Assembly: GCA_965601925.1 (NCBI GenBank)
Contig: OZ271854.1
Span: 128,001 to 192,000 of the forward strand
Reading direction: 5' to 3'
DNA: 64,000 bases
Source of the DNA: Alkalispirochaeta sp.
GTDB lineage: Bacteria > Spirochaetota > Spirochaetia > DSM-27196 > Alkalispirochaetaceae
In this document: one piece after another, positions 21,659-31,726 of the stretch
Numbering within the stretch: position 1 is the stretch's first letter
How the letters are laid out: the number at the start of each line of letters is the position of its first letter
The notes under the pieces: generated by a model
Database searches by the model: none
Seen by the model: only the letters and a program-made list of their open reading frames with translations
What the model was told of the DNA's origin: nothing
Made by a program: the position numbers and the translations under genes

Positions 21659-22510
21659 GTGTATACCGCCGTCGATCCCGATCCGCGTCTATCGTCGTTT
21701 GTCGATCGCTACTGGTTTGTACGCGCCGCGCCGGAGTCGAGCTACACGCTCTCGGTCGATGTGTACGTCGACGCGCAGGCGGATCTGGTGCTGAACTTCG
21801 GCCCGCCCTACCGCCGGCGCCACGTCGACGGGACGCATATCGATGTCGCCGTATCGAGTGTCGATGCACAACGCACCTCACCGGTAGTGATCGAACAGGA
21901 GGGTAACGTGCAAGTGTGCGGGGCTCGATTTCATCCCGGCGGACTGGCCGCGTTTACGCGCGCGAAGATGGCACACCTCACCAACCGGATCGTCCCGACG
22001 CACGAGGTGCTCGGTGAGGCGGTCGAAGTTCTCGAACGAGAACTTACAGCGAAATGGACCTCCGCGACGCCGGAGGAACTCGCCGCGCGCCTGGACGCCT
22101 TCTTCGTCTCGGCGATGGTGGAGCGGCGCCCGTACGCCACCTTTTTACGACTCCTCGAGACGATCGACCGCGAAGGACCTTCACTCGCATCCGTAGAAGA
22201 ACTTGCGGAGTTCGCCGAACTCTCCCACCGTACGATCGAGCGGCTCTTCGCGACACATATGGGGATCACGCCCAAACTGTACCTGCGGATCGCGCGATTC
22301 CAGCGCGCCCTCAAGAAAATGATGGACGATCCGGACTGCGATCTCTCGACCGTGGCGTTGGCCGAGGGGTACTACGATCAGTCTCATCTGGTACGGGAGT
22401 TTCACGCCTTCGCCGGTGGAGTGCCACGGCGCTACAAAGGCTATCTCCCACAGACGGGCGCGGACTTCGCGCCCAACGTGGTACGCTACGACGACCCGCC
22501 GGGGCGTTAG
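21659..22510 (+). CDS. AraC-family regulator
   Basis: GYYDQSHLVREF HTH motif. Confidence 0.88.
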   Translation: MYTAVDPDPRLSSFVDRYWFVRAAPESSYTLSVDVYVDAQADLVLNFGPPYRRRHVDGTHIDVAVSSVDAQRTSPVVIEQEGNVQVCGARFHPGGLAAFTRAKMAHLTNRIVPTHEVLGEAVEVLERELTAKWTSATPEELAARLDAFFVSAMVERRPYATFLRLLETIDREGPSLASVEELAEFAELSHRTIERLFATHMGITPKLYLRIARFQRALKKMMDDPDCDLSTVALAEGYYDQSHLVREFHAFAGGVPRRYKGYLPQTGADFAPNVVRYDDPPGR

Positions 22511-22647
22511 CCCGCCGCCGACCGGAGACGCTCGACACCGGCGGCCCAACCGACTCCGACCGAGCGCGCTCGGCGCGGAACAGCAGCGCGAACGACCGAT
22601 TCGCTTCCGGCGTTCCGCGCCGGATCAACGAGCGACGACGGGGATCG

Positions 22648-23043
22648 CTACCACGCCGCGAGGATAGCGCCGGCGGCGACCGCCACCAGTAGATCGAATC
22701 CCAGATCGATTGCAACCGCGACGCGACCGACGCGACCGAATATCGCGTGCAGTGCATAGCGCGGCGCAATGATCCCCAACCACGCTCCGGCACCCAAGGC
22801 GACTCCGCCGCCCACGCCGGCGACACCCAGACGCCCCACCGCGATCGCCATCGCGTAGGTAAAGACGACCGCCGCGATCACCGTTGAGGCCATGGCGGCG
22901 GGGTGCGTCTTCTTGAGCGCGTCCGCCTCCAAGCGGTATCCCAACGCCCACGGCCTCCCGAAGAGCACCGAGTACCACACGAATCCCAGCAACTGACTGA
23001 CGACGACGGTCACCAACACGGCGACGTGATTGATCGCTCCCAT
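22648..23043 (-). CDS. DUF1761-like small membrane protein
   Basis: INHVAVLV..LGFVWYSVLFGRPW; four TM segments. Confidence 0.8.
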   Translation of the reverse strand: MGAINHVAVLVTVVVSQLLGFVWYSVLFGRPWALGYRLEADALKKTHPAAMASTVIAAVVFTYAMAIAVGRLGVAGVGGGVALGAGAWLGIIAPRYALHAIFGRVGRVAVAIDLGFDLLVAVAAGAILAAW

Positions 23044-23138
23044 TACGACTCCTTTCGGTGTCGATGGTACGAAGGGGTGTCGCGGTGCGTCTTGGACAAA
23101 CGCGACACGACGATCGGTCGAACAGCGGTATGAGCGGT

Positions 23139-23540
23139 CTATTGCGGCGCGATAAGGGGTACGGTCGGGGAATAGGTGCGGTACCGCCGGGCGTCGCGGG
23201 TGAGGAGGCGAAAGCCGGCGGACGCAGCGTGTGAGCCGATGTAGAAATCGGGAAGGGGGGAGCGACGCTCTCCGCCGCGCCTGCGATAGGTGAGAAACGC
23301 GCGGCCCGCGCCGAATGCCGCCTCGTACGGCAGCTCGTGTCGTTCGATACCGAGGAGGTGGAGTTGTGAGGTAAGTTCCCGCTCGTGCGCAAAGGCGAGC
23401 GACACCTCGGCAAAGACGATCGGGTTAACACACGCACCTTCGCCGGCAAGGGCCTCACCGAGTCGCGCGCGGGACCACGCCTCCCACGTCTCGTCGGCGG
23501 TGAACAAGTCCAGCAAGACATCCGAATCGACGAGAATCAT
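23139..23540 (-). CDS. vapC: VapC PIN-domain toxin
   Basis: MILVDSDVLLD; PLPDFYIGSHA; LLTRD. Confidence 0.9.
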   Translation of the reverse strand: MILVDSDVLLDLFTADETWEAWSRARLGEALAGEGACVNPIVFAEVSLAFAHERELTSQLHLLGIERHELPYEAAFGAGRAFLTYRRRGGERRSPLPDFYIGSHAASAGFRLLTRDARRYRTYSPTVPLIAPQ

Positions 23541-23770
23541 GAATCGTCGTCTCGGGTTGGTCGCATGACCTCGTCGGTCGTCATCGGTATCGTCGCGCTA
23601 CCGGTCGCACGCATCAGCCGTTCGCGGATCTCCTCGGTGCGGCTCAGTGCCGGTTTGATTAACACACCGGCGTCCGTCGCCACGAATGTAACTTCCGTCT
23701 CGGGTTGCAAGCCGAACTCATCCCTCAGCTTTTGTGGGATCGTTACCTGGCCTTTACGGTTGACCTTCAT
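23537..23770 (-). CDS. vapB: AbrB/MazE-type antitoxin
   Basis: KGQVTIPQKLRDEFGL; 4-nt overlap with the toxin gene. Confidence 0.9.
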   Translation of the reverse strand: MKVNRKGQVTIPQKLRDEFGLQPETEVTFVATDAGVLIKPALSRTEEIRERLMRATGSATIPMTTDEVMRPTRDDDS

Positions 23771-24365
23771 GAATATGAGTATTTCGAACCGGAAGTATTA
23801 CCGTCAAATACCGAAGGAGCCGCGGCAGCATGTCTCGTCGGATATGACGTTGTAGCTAAAACCGCGAGAAACGCATCTAAAAGCCAGCATGTGTGCCTCG
23901 GTCGAAATCAGATCGACCCACACAGCCGGGCGCAACGCAGGCCGTCCGGGAATCGTTCTTTAGCCGACTCACCTATGATCATGACCGTGAACATCCATTG
24001 TGTGGCGTTTTCCAAATGTCTGCTCGATTTTACGGCTATGATGTAACTCCATTCGTTTCCCACACTATCAATCTGAACCGACTTCGCTGATCGCAGTTGG
24101 AAGGAAAACGTGTCGGTCTGAACCTGTGCAAAGACGGTGACGGACGAAGCCGAGAAGACCGAGCCCGAAACGTAAGGGTCAAGTCTACCGCACCTCGGAG
24201 AACGGTATGTTGTTGATCTAATCAACTCTGGGCGCTCGTTGGGGCTCATCAATGAGCACACGATTCGCTGCTGATCATTCACGTACGTGAAGGAGTTGGC
24301 CGTCAGGAATCAGGTATTCCTTGACGCATGGAACAAAGACAGTGTTTCACTCTCCTGACATGCGA

Positions 24366-25026
24366 CTACGACTTCCATCTTCGCCAAGCTCCAACGGCTA
24401 TGTGAACTAGCTTCCGGGATAGGACGATAGCGCCTATGTTGTCGCGGATCAATCTGTTGTAGGCTTGCAGACCAGCGTGTCTCGTCGAGAATGTCCGTAT
24501 CATACTCAGAGTTGAAAAACCGTTTGAGAGTCGCGACGATCTACGCCCAGACCTCATCCCGACAGTACTCGATCGGATCGCGGCCCTCTAATCGTCGGTC
24601 CATCAACTCCGCCTCGAATGTCTTCTGCACCGACCTACTCCCACTGCCACTGTTCACCGCGAGGTGTCGGAGCATACTGACGTGCTGCACATCCTCGCAT
24701 GCGGCCAACCGCTCGGGATCGGCCCCGGTGTGCTTGAGTAGACGGAGATAAATCGAGAACAGTTGGGCGTGAATCTGGGGCATACGCTACTCGACATACT
24801 GCAGCGGCTTGTAGGGCGAGTTCCCGGGCTACTCCACGTTACCGTTGACGACGATGGATCTCCCTTGCCGACGGCAGTACTGCCTCCGCGACGCGCAAAT
24901 GCATAGAGTAGCACCACAACGTCTACCGAGCCCCGGCCGGCCACTACCCACCATTTGAGTGTCGGCATCGATACTATCCTCATATGGTCCTCGATCTAAC
25001 CGATGCGTCTTCGCACTGTCATTCAT
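24366..25026 (-). pseudogene. Degraded gene of unknown family
   Basis: One frame broken by TAG at 24829, 24787 and 24541, plus an apparent frameshift near 24480. Confidence 0.5.
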
Positions 25027-25047
25027 AACCGGAGGAAAGAGTCCACG

Positions 25048-26943
25048 TCATGAAAGAATAATGCTTCGTATCGTTGTGCTCCCACCCGCGCTCGTAACCC
25101 TCATGTTCGACCCATCCGAGTACAGGAATGTGCTGTAGCTACCACTTGGTGGGACAACAGCGTAGTCTCGCCAAACGCTATCTGAGCCTCGGATTTCGAG
25201 CTTACCGGTTGTCCCAGCAGCGGTCGTCAGCTCGAGAAAAAGGTACGCCGGTCCCGGTAGTGTGCGGGGGGTACCCAATCCAGCAGTTGTTGCGCTGGCA
25301 TTCCTCGAACCCGCCGTTGTCGGGACAACCGTTCTGAACTGCACATCGTCAGTTCTCCTCACCGCCTGATCCATCGGATGCAGTTCATTTTCACCCTGCC
25401 CCGTATTGACCGACGGCGCCCATATAGGATTAGAGAAGGTCTTTGACCCGTTGATCGTCTGGTTACCGCTCGTCTTGACGCTTGTTGCGTCGACGTCGTC
25501 GACGTATTGTTTCCGCGCGGCTTCGTTGCCGGCTGTCGGATTGGCGTCTGGCAAGACCGGGATACTCGCGAATGTCTTGCGTCCTCCTACCGTCTGATCA
25601 CTCACAAGATCGACCGTATTGGCGTCTACCTCCGCCCTACTGTACACATCGAGCGTTGTCCGGGCGGTTGCGGCGTCCGCGGCCGCGCCGAGATCTCTGG
25701 TGTACGGCGTGGTGATGCTGTGGAGTTTCATGGCACCGGCAAAGCGATAGATGGTGAGATCATTATCGCCGTCACTCAGGATCACATCGGTGTCGTTGAG
25801 TGCCCCTATGTACGTCTGTATTAAACTGGGAAGTGCCAATCCCGAACCAATCTGTACAAAGTCGCTTCCATCAAACCCGTACGTCCGAAGCTCATGGTTA
25901 TCCGCGTCGACGTAGGCAATCCGATCGGGACCTCCAAGCGGAGCCAGCCCATAGACCTGTGCAAAGCCCCACGGATGGTTCGCAACACTTAAGGGAAGGC
26001 CGTTACCTACCTGCTCCCATGTAGATCCGTTGAATTGTAGCCGCTTGAGGATCGATTCTGTGCCGTGAATCAGCGTAACCTGATTCAGGATGTGTCCGGT
26101 GACCGCGGGCCAGAATCCATCTGTGAATGTAATTGCACTACCTACCGGTGCCCAATCGGCTCCGTCGAAGTGATACGCCTGCATGTGCGGGCTTTGAGCC
26201 TCATAGAGAACAATGTCGTTTTCTCCAATTGTGGCGATGTTAACGAAGGACGACGACCCTATGGACCATAGCCAATTGCCGATTAGTGACCAATTTGTTC
26301 CGTCGAAACGGAACCGCCGAAGTTGAGGAGAGTGTGTGCTCGCTATGGCGATATCCGTAGCATTCAGGCGGGTGATCGAGAAAAGAGCCGCACCGATGAT
26401 AGCGAGACCGTTTCCCACCTGCGCCCAGGACGATCCGTCGTATCTGTATGTCCTCAACTCACCGGTAAGCTCTTGATACATTGCTATATCGGTGTGGTTC
26501 AGCGCCGTGAAACCGAAACCGCCCCGACTATCGCCGGGAAGCGGCCATGGTGTGCCGACCCGAGACCAAGCGATGCCGGTGCTCACCGCCGAAAGCGATG
26601 CACCGGGCACAAGCGTCGCAGACACACCGGCGGTACCGCTTACGGTAACGTCAGATGTTGCAGAATCGTTGCTCACAATCACGTAGCCACCCGGAGTGGT
26701 AAGCGCACCGTTCAAAGTGAGGGAAAGTGGAGCGTCTCCGGTAACCGTTATCAGCATGGACGAACTATACGCACTCAAGTCTACGATCTGATCCGAGAGA
26801 ACATCGATCCGATGTGGTATTATGCGTTCGAGTTTGATTTTCTTGTCACGATCGGTCCCGGCACCGCGGATGAGATACAGTATGTCGTCTAAGTGCGGAT
26901 CATTTACCTCCGAGAAGTCCAGTATTGTCTTATTACTCATCAT
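25048..26943 (-). CDS. Tail fibre / receptor-binding protein with inserted beta-propeller
   Basis: Last gene after the baseplate; fibre motifs AATARTTLDVYS, DQTVGGRKTF/NQTINGSKTF, EAARKQYVD; repeats of the form LRxYxFDGxxWxxVG. Confidence 0.8.
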   Translation of the reverse strand: MMSNKTILDFSEVNDPHLDDILYLIRGAGTDRDKKIKLERIIPHRIDVLSDQIVDLSAYSSSMLITVTGDAPLSLTLNGALTTPGGYVIVSNDSATSDVTVSGTAGVSATLVPGASLSAVSTGIAWSRVGTPWPLPGDSRGGFGFTALNHTDIAMYQELTGELRTYRYDGSSWAQVGNGLAIIGAALFSITRLNATDIAIASTHSPQLRRFRFDGTNWSLIGNWLWSIGSSSFVNIATIGENDIVLYEAQSPHMQAYHFDGADWAPVGSAITFTDGFWPAVTGHILNQVTLIHGTESILKRLQFNGSTWEQVGNGLPLSVANHPWGFAQVYGLAPLGGPDRIAYVDADNHELRTYGFDGSDFVQIGSGLALPSLIQTYIGALNDTDVILSDGDNDLTIYRFAGAMKLHSITTPYTRDLGAAADAATARTTLDVYSRAEVDANTVDLVSDQTVGGRKTFASIPVLPDANPTAGNEAARKQYVDDVDATSVKTSGNQTINGSKTFSNPIWAPSVNTGQGENELHPMDQAVRRTDDVQFRTVVPTTAGSRNASATTAGLGTPRTLPGPAYLFLELTTAAGTTGKLEIRGSDSVWRDYAVVPPSGSYSTFLYSDGSNMRVTSAGGSTTIRSIILS

Positions 26944-26950
26944 GCTCTCC

Positions 26951-27493
26951 TTAGTTGCCGGTTCTACTCACCACGCCGATCGGGTTACCCAGGGCGTCGG
27001 TTAGAGTATTTCCTTCCCCATCCTGTAGATACCCGTACAACAACCCCAACACCCCCGCAGGACTGATGGCCTGTAGCTGCTCCTCTGTAACATCGGCGTC
27101 TGTGCGTACGTTGTACTGCGCCGGCGTGTGATTCCACTCCGGCGTGTACTCCACATAGGTCGCCCCGAAGAGCGCCTTTAGAATGCCGATAATCGCCTCC
27201 GGCTCGGCGGAGAAGGTCTGGGCACCCCTCGCCTTCAACCCTTGGCGGTACTCCTCGTCGGTCCTTCCACCGCGCTCCTCGCGCAGAATCCGGCCGATGG
27301 TATCGAGCTGCGCCCCTTCGGCGGTATCGATCCGGAAGCGATCGCGTATCTCAAAGAGCGCCTCCTCCAAATCCTCGGCCTGCGTGTTCGCCGCCCGCAC
27401 GACTCCCTGCAGGCGCGGTGACTCTTTGTACTGGTCCAGAATCAGATTGAGCGTGACCGCATCGTAGTCTGTAATCCGTGAAATCCTCGACAT
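26951..27493 (-). CDS. Baseplate wedge protein (DUF2612-like)
   Basis: QYKESPRL; IDTAEGAQLDTIGRIL..R..DEEYR; follows baseplate J. Confidence 0.8.
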   Translation of the reverse strand: MSRISRITDYDAVTLNLILDQYKESPRLQGVVRAANTQAEDLEEALFEIRDRFRIDTAEGAQLDTIGRILREERGGRTDEEYRQGLKARGAQTFSAEPEAIIGILKALFGATYVEYTPEWNHTPAQYNVRTDADVTEEQLQAISPAGVLGLLYGYLQDGEGNTLTDALGNPIGVVSRTGN

Positions 27494-27514
27494 CGCTCCT
27501 CCTTCACACGGCTC

Positions 27515-28966
27515 TTACGGCTGTGTGAGCGCCTCCACGGCGACTCGGTCCGCGGCAAAGGCGGCGAACTCCCGCTCCAGAATCGAGACGTTCTCCGCGC
27601 TGAAAACGGGAGGATCTTCGGGGTTGTCGGTAACGCCGATTCCGATCTCTACGCCTCCCACACCGGAGACCGAATAGATTGGTATCAAGAGACGCTGACG
27701 AATCACATCGACACCGATACTCTGGTTCTCTTCGGCCCATGCGACGATCGCGCTCCGAATCGATTGGTCGCCGTTTGCCGGGTACTGCTCCTCAATATAG
27801 AGCTCTCGGCGCACCCTTACGTGGATAAAGCGCGCCGTGGGTCGGCTGAAGGCGATCTCTTGCGCCCGCCCCTCCGAATCGGTGACGACAACCGATGTAT
27901 TGCCGAAGGGTTGGATACCGGCAGGCATCGTCTGCCAGATGACCTGCCCGATATCCTCATCGGTACCGCCAACAGCAACCACCTCGAAGCTCTTAGGCGG
28001 CCTGCCCTCGGTGTCGAGCTCCAAGGTGCGGTTACTCCGTACCGAGACTTGTTGAATACCCTCGACGCGGTTAAGGAGTCCGGACCTAATCGCCTCCTCG
28101 GTGGCGTTACCGGCGATCAGCGATTGATCGCGCCGGATGCGGAGCTCCTCATCGGTCTCGGCGTTGCGCCCCGTGACGCCCGCTGCCGGGTTTACGGCCT
28201 CGTCCAACCCCGTCACCGGGGTAACAACCGTGGTGAGAGTTGCAGGGGGAACGGGATACGGACCGGCATCCACCGCGGTAAATCCGGCGGCCGATGCTAG
28301 GAGCGTGAAAGAGAGCGTCGCCGACGCGCTCACCGAAAAGTCGACGGTGACGTGGCGCAGAGAAAGGCGATCCTCCCTGTTGACCGCCGTTCCACCCCAC
28401 TCCCCGACGGCGATCGCGGCGACCAGGGCGTTTACAACCTCACGCTTTCCGTCGCCGGCAACCGCGACGTAGGTGTAGTCCACGCCGTCGACGGCAACGG
28501 TGTAGCTCTCGCCGCCTCCGCTCGACGGCTCATCCACATCCAACTCGACGTCTCGCGCCGCGGCGAGAGAGATCGCCGTCGCCGCGTCGATACGGAAGTC
28601 CGTCGGCCCGTTGGGCTGGCGGAGCCGCAGTGTTGAGGGAACAGCTGCACCGTCCTCCCCGTACAAAAGCACATCGGAGACCACCGTACGTCCGGCGCCG
28701 ATGCGGCTGACGCCCGTCTCGGCGGCGATATTGTCCAGGGATACGCCGGTGGCTTGGCTGGGGTCGCGGGAGGTGTAGATCTCCTGTGCCGCGTCCCACA
28801 ACTGCGCCTCGCGCCGTGAGAGGAGCCCCACCAACTGGCCGAAAGGCCCTTCCGCATCCAGATCGATATCCTCGCCGAATACACCCTGGAACGCCGTCTC
28901 CAGCTCGCTTTTGATCTCCGCCAACGTCTTACGCTGAAACCCTGTGGCGGTAACGTAGCGCCCCAT
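27515..28966 (-). CDS. Baseplate J/gp47-family protein
   Basis: ATGVSLDNIA; GRNAETDEELRIR; PPKSFEVVAVGG; IAFSRP. Confidence 0.9.
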   Translation of the reverse strand: MGRYVTATGFQRKTLAEIKSELETAFQGVFGEDIDLDAEGPFGQLVGLLSRREAQLWDAAQEIYTSRDPSQATGVSLDNIAAETGVSRIGAGRTVVSDVLLYGEDGAAVPSTLRLRQPNGPTDFRIDAATAISLAAARDVELDVDEPSSGGGESYTVAVDGVDYTYVAVAGDGKREVVNALVAAIAVGEWGGTAVNREDRLSLRHVTVDFSVSASATLSFTLLASAAGFTAVDAGPYPVPPATLTTVVTPVTGLDEAVNPAAGVTGRNAETDEELRIRRDQSLIAGNATEEAIRSGLLNRVEGIQQVSVRSNRTLELDTEGRPPKSFEVVAVGGTDEDIGQVIWQTMPAGIQPFGNTSVVVTDSEGRAQEIAFSRPTARFIHVRVRRELYIEEQYPANGDQSIRSAIVAWAEENQSIGVDVIRQRLLIPIYSVSGVGGVEIGIGVTDNPEDPPVFSAENVSILEREFAAFAADRVAVEALTQP

Positions 28967-29331
28967 TAGATACTCACCTCCCCCTCGACGATCTCGCCAC
29001 CCTCGGCACGCACGGTGAAGGTCACGGTATACTCGCGCAGCGCCCCGTCGTAGGTAGTGCGAAATGTCACCACCTCGGCGACGCCCTCGATCCCCGATAC
29101 GGCGGAAAGAAGCAGTGCATTAACCTCGTTCAGGTCCGCCTTGCCGAGGATCGACTGAAAGTACGGCACGCCACCGGAGCGCGCCAAAAACCACTCACCG
29201 CGATACCACCGGAGTCGCGCCTCGATCTTCTGCGAGAGATACTCGCCCGTATCGGCGGTTAAGCGCAGGTTGTACCGCTCGTCGATCGCCAAGTCCCGCG
29301 TCGCGGGATCCACGTAGAGTTGCGTTCGCAT
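28966..29331 (-). CDS. Baseplate sheath-initiator (gp25/GP46-like)
   Basis: QKIEARLRWYRGEWFL..GVPY motif; position before baseplate J. Confidence 0.8.
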   Translation of the reverse strand: MRTQLYVDPATRDLAIDERYNLRLTADTGEYLSQKIEARLRWYRGEWFLARSGGVPYFQSILGKADLNEVNALLLSAVSGIEGVAEVVTFRTTYDGALREYTVTFTVRAEGGEIVEGEVSI

Positions 29332-29335
29332 ATGC

Positions 29336-30295
29336 CTACCCCGCCGTTACCTTCGTCTGACCGGCGCGCTGAACGAACACCGTGACCGAGAGCGTGCAGC
29401 TGCTGCCGCTTCCCGTTACTCCGGCAATGCCGCCGACGGTCACCTCGTCGCCCTCCCGTATCGGGAGTTTGCCGCCGCTTACGACCTTAGCCGCAGTCGC
29501 CGGGAGGGTCGCATTCGTCGGTGAGGAGGCGACGCACGCTCCGTCGGTGATCCCGGCGGGTATGGTGATCGCCGCGCCGTCCATGTACACACCGCGGCCG
29601 TCCGCCATAAGCGCGGCCGACGGCGCACCGGTAAAGACGGCGGGCGTTCCCGTTACCGGAGCGCGGTAGGCGAGTATTGCCGATGAGGTGGCGATCGCCT
29701 TGGCGTCGGCTCCCGGTCCGCCGGGGGAACCGCCCCCATCGCCGGCGGCCTCGAGAGCACTCCGATACGCGTCAAACACGTTTTGGAACGCCGTCCACTC
29801 ACCGCCGTTGTCTATCATCCACCGCGGACAATCCTTGCCGGTGCAATCGTGGTGGCGGAGTACGCGCTCCCGCTCCGTTATCCCGTTGCGATACAGGATG
29901 TCGGCCGCCAACTCGGCACCGGCGCGGAGCGTCGCCGGATAAAACTCGCCGGTAACGGTGGGATGACACATCTCAACTCCGATCGTGCGCCAGTTAGGCA
30001 GCCCCCCGAGAAGCGTCTCGATCTCGGGAAATGTCTCGTCCGAAGGTCCGGCGTGCCACGCCGTCTCATCCTCGGGAATCATGCGAATGATCTCGCCGTC
30101 TAGCCCCACCACGTAGTGTGCCGACTTGACGCTATCGGGCTCAGTTTGCGGCAATGTGTTGAAGTAGTCTCTAAGCTCCTGCGCATCGGTCCCGGGCCAC
30201 TCGGTCCAATGGACAACCACCCCCCGTAATGCAGGCAGCGCTTGCCCGGAGCGCGTATTGGGATGCACGGTAATCAGATCATCCCGAATCTTCAT
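29336..30295 (-). CDS. N-acetylmuramoyl-L-alanine amidase (Amidase_2) fused to a putative PAAR-like spike-tip domain
   Basis: VVVHWT, SAHYVV, AWHAG, IGVEMC, RHHDCTGKDCP; Gly/Pro linker; C-terminal ...KVVSGGKLPIREGD...AGQTKVTAG; AAGGAG before ATG 30295. Confidence 0.8.
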   Translation of the reverse strand: MKIRDDLITVHPNTRSGQALPALRGVVVHWTEWPGTDAQELRDYFNTLPQTEPDSVKSAHYVVGLDGEIIRMIPEDETAWHAGPSDETFPEIETLLGGLPNWRTIGVEMCHPTVTGEFYPATLRAGAELAADILYRNGITERERVLRHHDCTGKDCPRWMIDNGGEWTAFQNVFDAYRSALEAAGDGGGSPGGPGADAKAIATSSAILAYRAPVTGTPAVFTGAPSAALMADGRGVYMDGAAITIPAGITDGACVASSPTNATLPATAAKVVSGGKLPIREGDEVTVGGIAGVTGSGSSCTLSVTVFVQRAGQTKVTAG

Positions 30296-30347
30296 CGAAC
30301 CGCTCCTTCGCCGGAAGCCGCGGATGCAGTCTCGCAACGCGTCACGG

Positions 30348-30902
30348 TCATTGCAGCACCTCCAAGTTGCCTCCGTTGATCACGACCTTGTTGGAGGTCA
30401 TCTCCATGGTATTGCCGTTGGCGTCCGCAAGAACGATGTCGCCGCTCGCGGTAATCTCGATCGCGGCGCCGTTGTAACGCACGTAGAGCGAGTCCTCGGC
30501 CGGCGGCGGCTCGGGAGCCGAGCGAAAGCTCCACAGTCCCGGTATGCAGATCGCGTCGGTCAGCGCGTGACGGTGACTCGTCTCAGGCTCCACGGCGTCG
30601 GTGCCCTCGAGAAAGGAGCCCAGCGCCGCCTCCGAGAAAATGAGTAAACACCCATCGCCGCGCTGCAGCGGAAAGATGAGCTCCGCCGTACCGCTGGACG
30701 GGAAGACGACCGGCACGTTATCGATCGGTGGTATCTCGATCGCCCCGCCGAATCGTCGCCGCAGGCTCACCAGCGGCTTCACCCGCGCCTTACGCTCGCG
30801 GTGGCCCTCGTAGCTCTCGATGCGGCCGGGGAGCGCGGTATGTACATCCTCGAGGCTCGATAGGACAAAGCTGTTGAGTATCGCCACCGTATCGTCGCTC
30901 AC
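30348..30902 (-). CDS. Central spike (Gp138-like)
   Basis: HTALPGRI; VPVVFP; FPLQRGDGCLLIFSE; RHALTDAICIPG. Confidence 0.85.
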   Translation of the reverse strand: MSDDTVAILNSFVLSSLEDVHTALPGRIESYEGHRERKARVKPLVSLRRRFGGAIEIPPIDNVPVVFPSSGTAELIFPLQRGDGCLLIFSEAALGSFLEGTDAVEPETSHRHALTDAICIPGLWSFRSAPEPPPAEDSLYVRYNGAAIEITASGDIVLADANGNTMEMTSNKVVINGGNLEVLQ

Positions 30903-31726
30903 GCCGCCGCCTCCCCCTCCGCGATAAAGCGCTCTCCGTAGTTGCTTCCGAGAAACGCGATCCTCTCTACGAGAAACGTGCCCCGGACGCGATCGGTCCG
31001 AACCGTGATGAGACCGTTGGGCTGAAGCTTCGGTATGAGGACGGAGCGGAACCGCACTCGCCGCCGTGCGTCCTCCACCTCGGTAATATCCTCGACCGAT
31101 AGCAACCCCGAGTCGTAGTCCAAGAGGGTCGATCCGAACTGTCCGGACTGCCGGTCGCCGTCGCGATAGATCACGATCTCGCCGTTGTCGATGTAGAGCC
31201 CGCCGCCGTTGTTGGCCAGTATCTCTTCGGCGTAGCTCAACGCCCGCCGAGCACCCCCGGCAAAGACGAATCCGTTGGATAGCGCGATGCGCGCCTGGGC
31301 CTCGCCGAAAACGGCCAGCCCCAAGGCGGTCGCAACATCGCGAATCACCGTGGCAAGCTCGGTTCCGGGGGCGTAAGAGAGAGAGACGTTGGTTCGCGAC
31401 AGCGCCGTATCCCGACCCCGGAGCGCCGCCGCATGTATCGTTGTACGCCAGTCCCGGTCGCGCTTCTCCGACTGCGCATCGACGATCGATCCGATAAAGA
31501 GCGTACCCATCCCCTCGTCCTCGTACCCGGCACGAAAGATAAGGTTGCTGCCGATCCGCAAAACCTCTTTCCGGGTCTCCTCCGACGCGTTGTACACGGT
31601 AAACTCGGCGCGCTGTTGGGAGACGGCGATCGAGCGCTCCACCCGGAAATCGACGTGCAGACCCGACATATCCAGACCGCTGCCGTCGGCACCCACGGTC
31701 AGTTCGACCACTCTATTCCAGGCCAC
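30899..31726 (-). CDS. Baseplate hub protein
   Basis: AEFTVYNAS; FRAGYEDE..LFIGSI; position before the spike gene. Confidence 0.75.
   Translation of the reverse strand: MAWNRVVELTVGADGSGLDMSGLHVDFRVERSIAVSQQRAEFTVYNASEETRKEVLRIGSNLIFRAGYEDEGMGTLFIGSIVDAQSEKRDRDWRTTIHAAALRGRDTALSRTNVSLSYAPGTELATVIRDVATALGLAVFGEAQARIALSNGFVFAGGARRALSYAEEILANNGGGLYIDNGEIVIYRDGDRQSGQFGSTLLDYDSGLLSVEDITEVEDARRRVRFRSVLIPKLQPNGLITVRTDRVRGTFLVERIAFLGSNYGERFIAEGEAAA

Noticed and set aside
24366..25026. TAG read-through or recoding (three in-frame stops here and one at 2759, all TAG)
   Set aside because: TAG ends many intact genes in the window, a frameshift is also needed, and single substitutions in a pseudogene explain it
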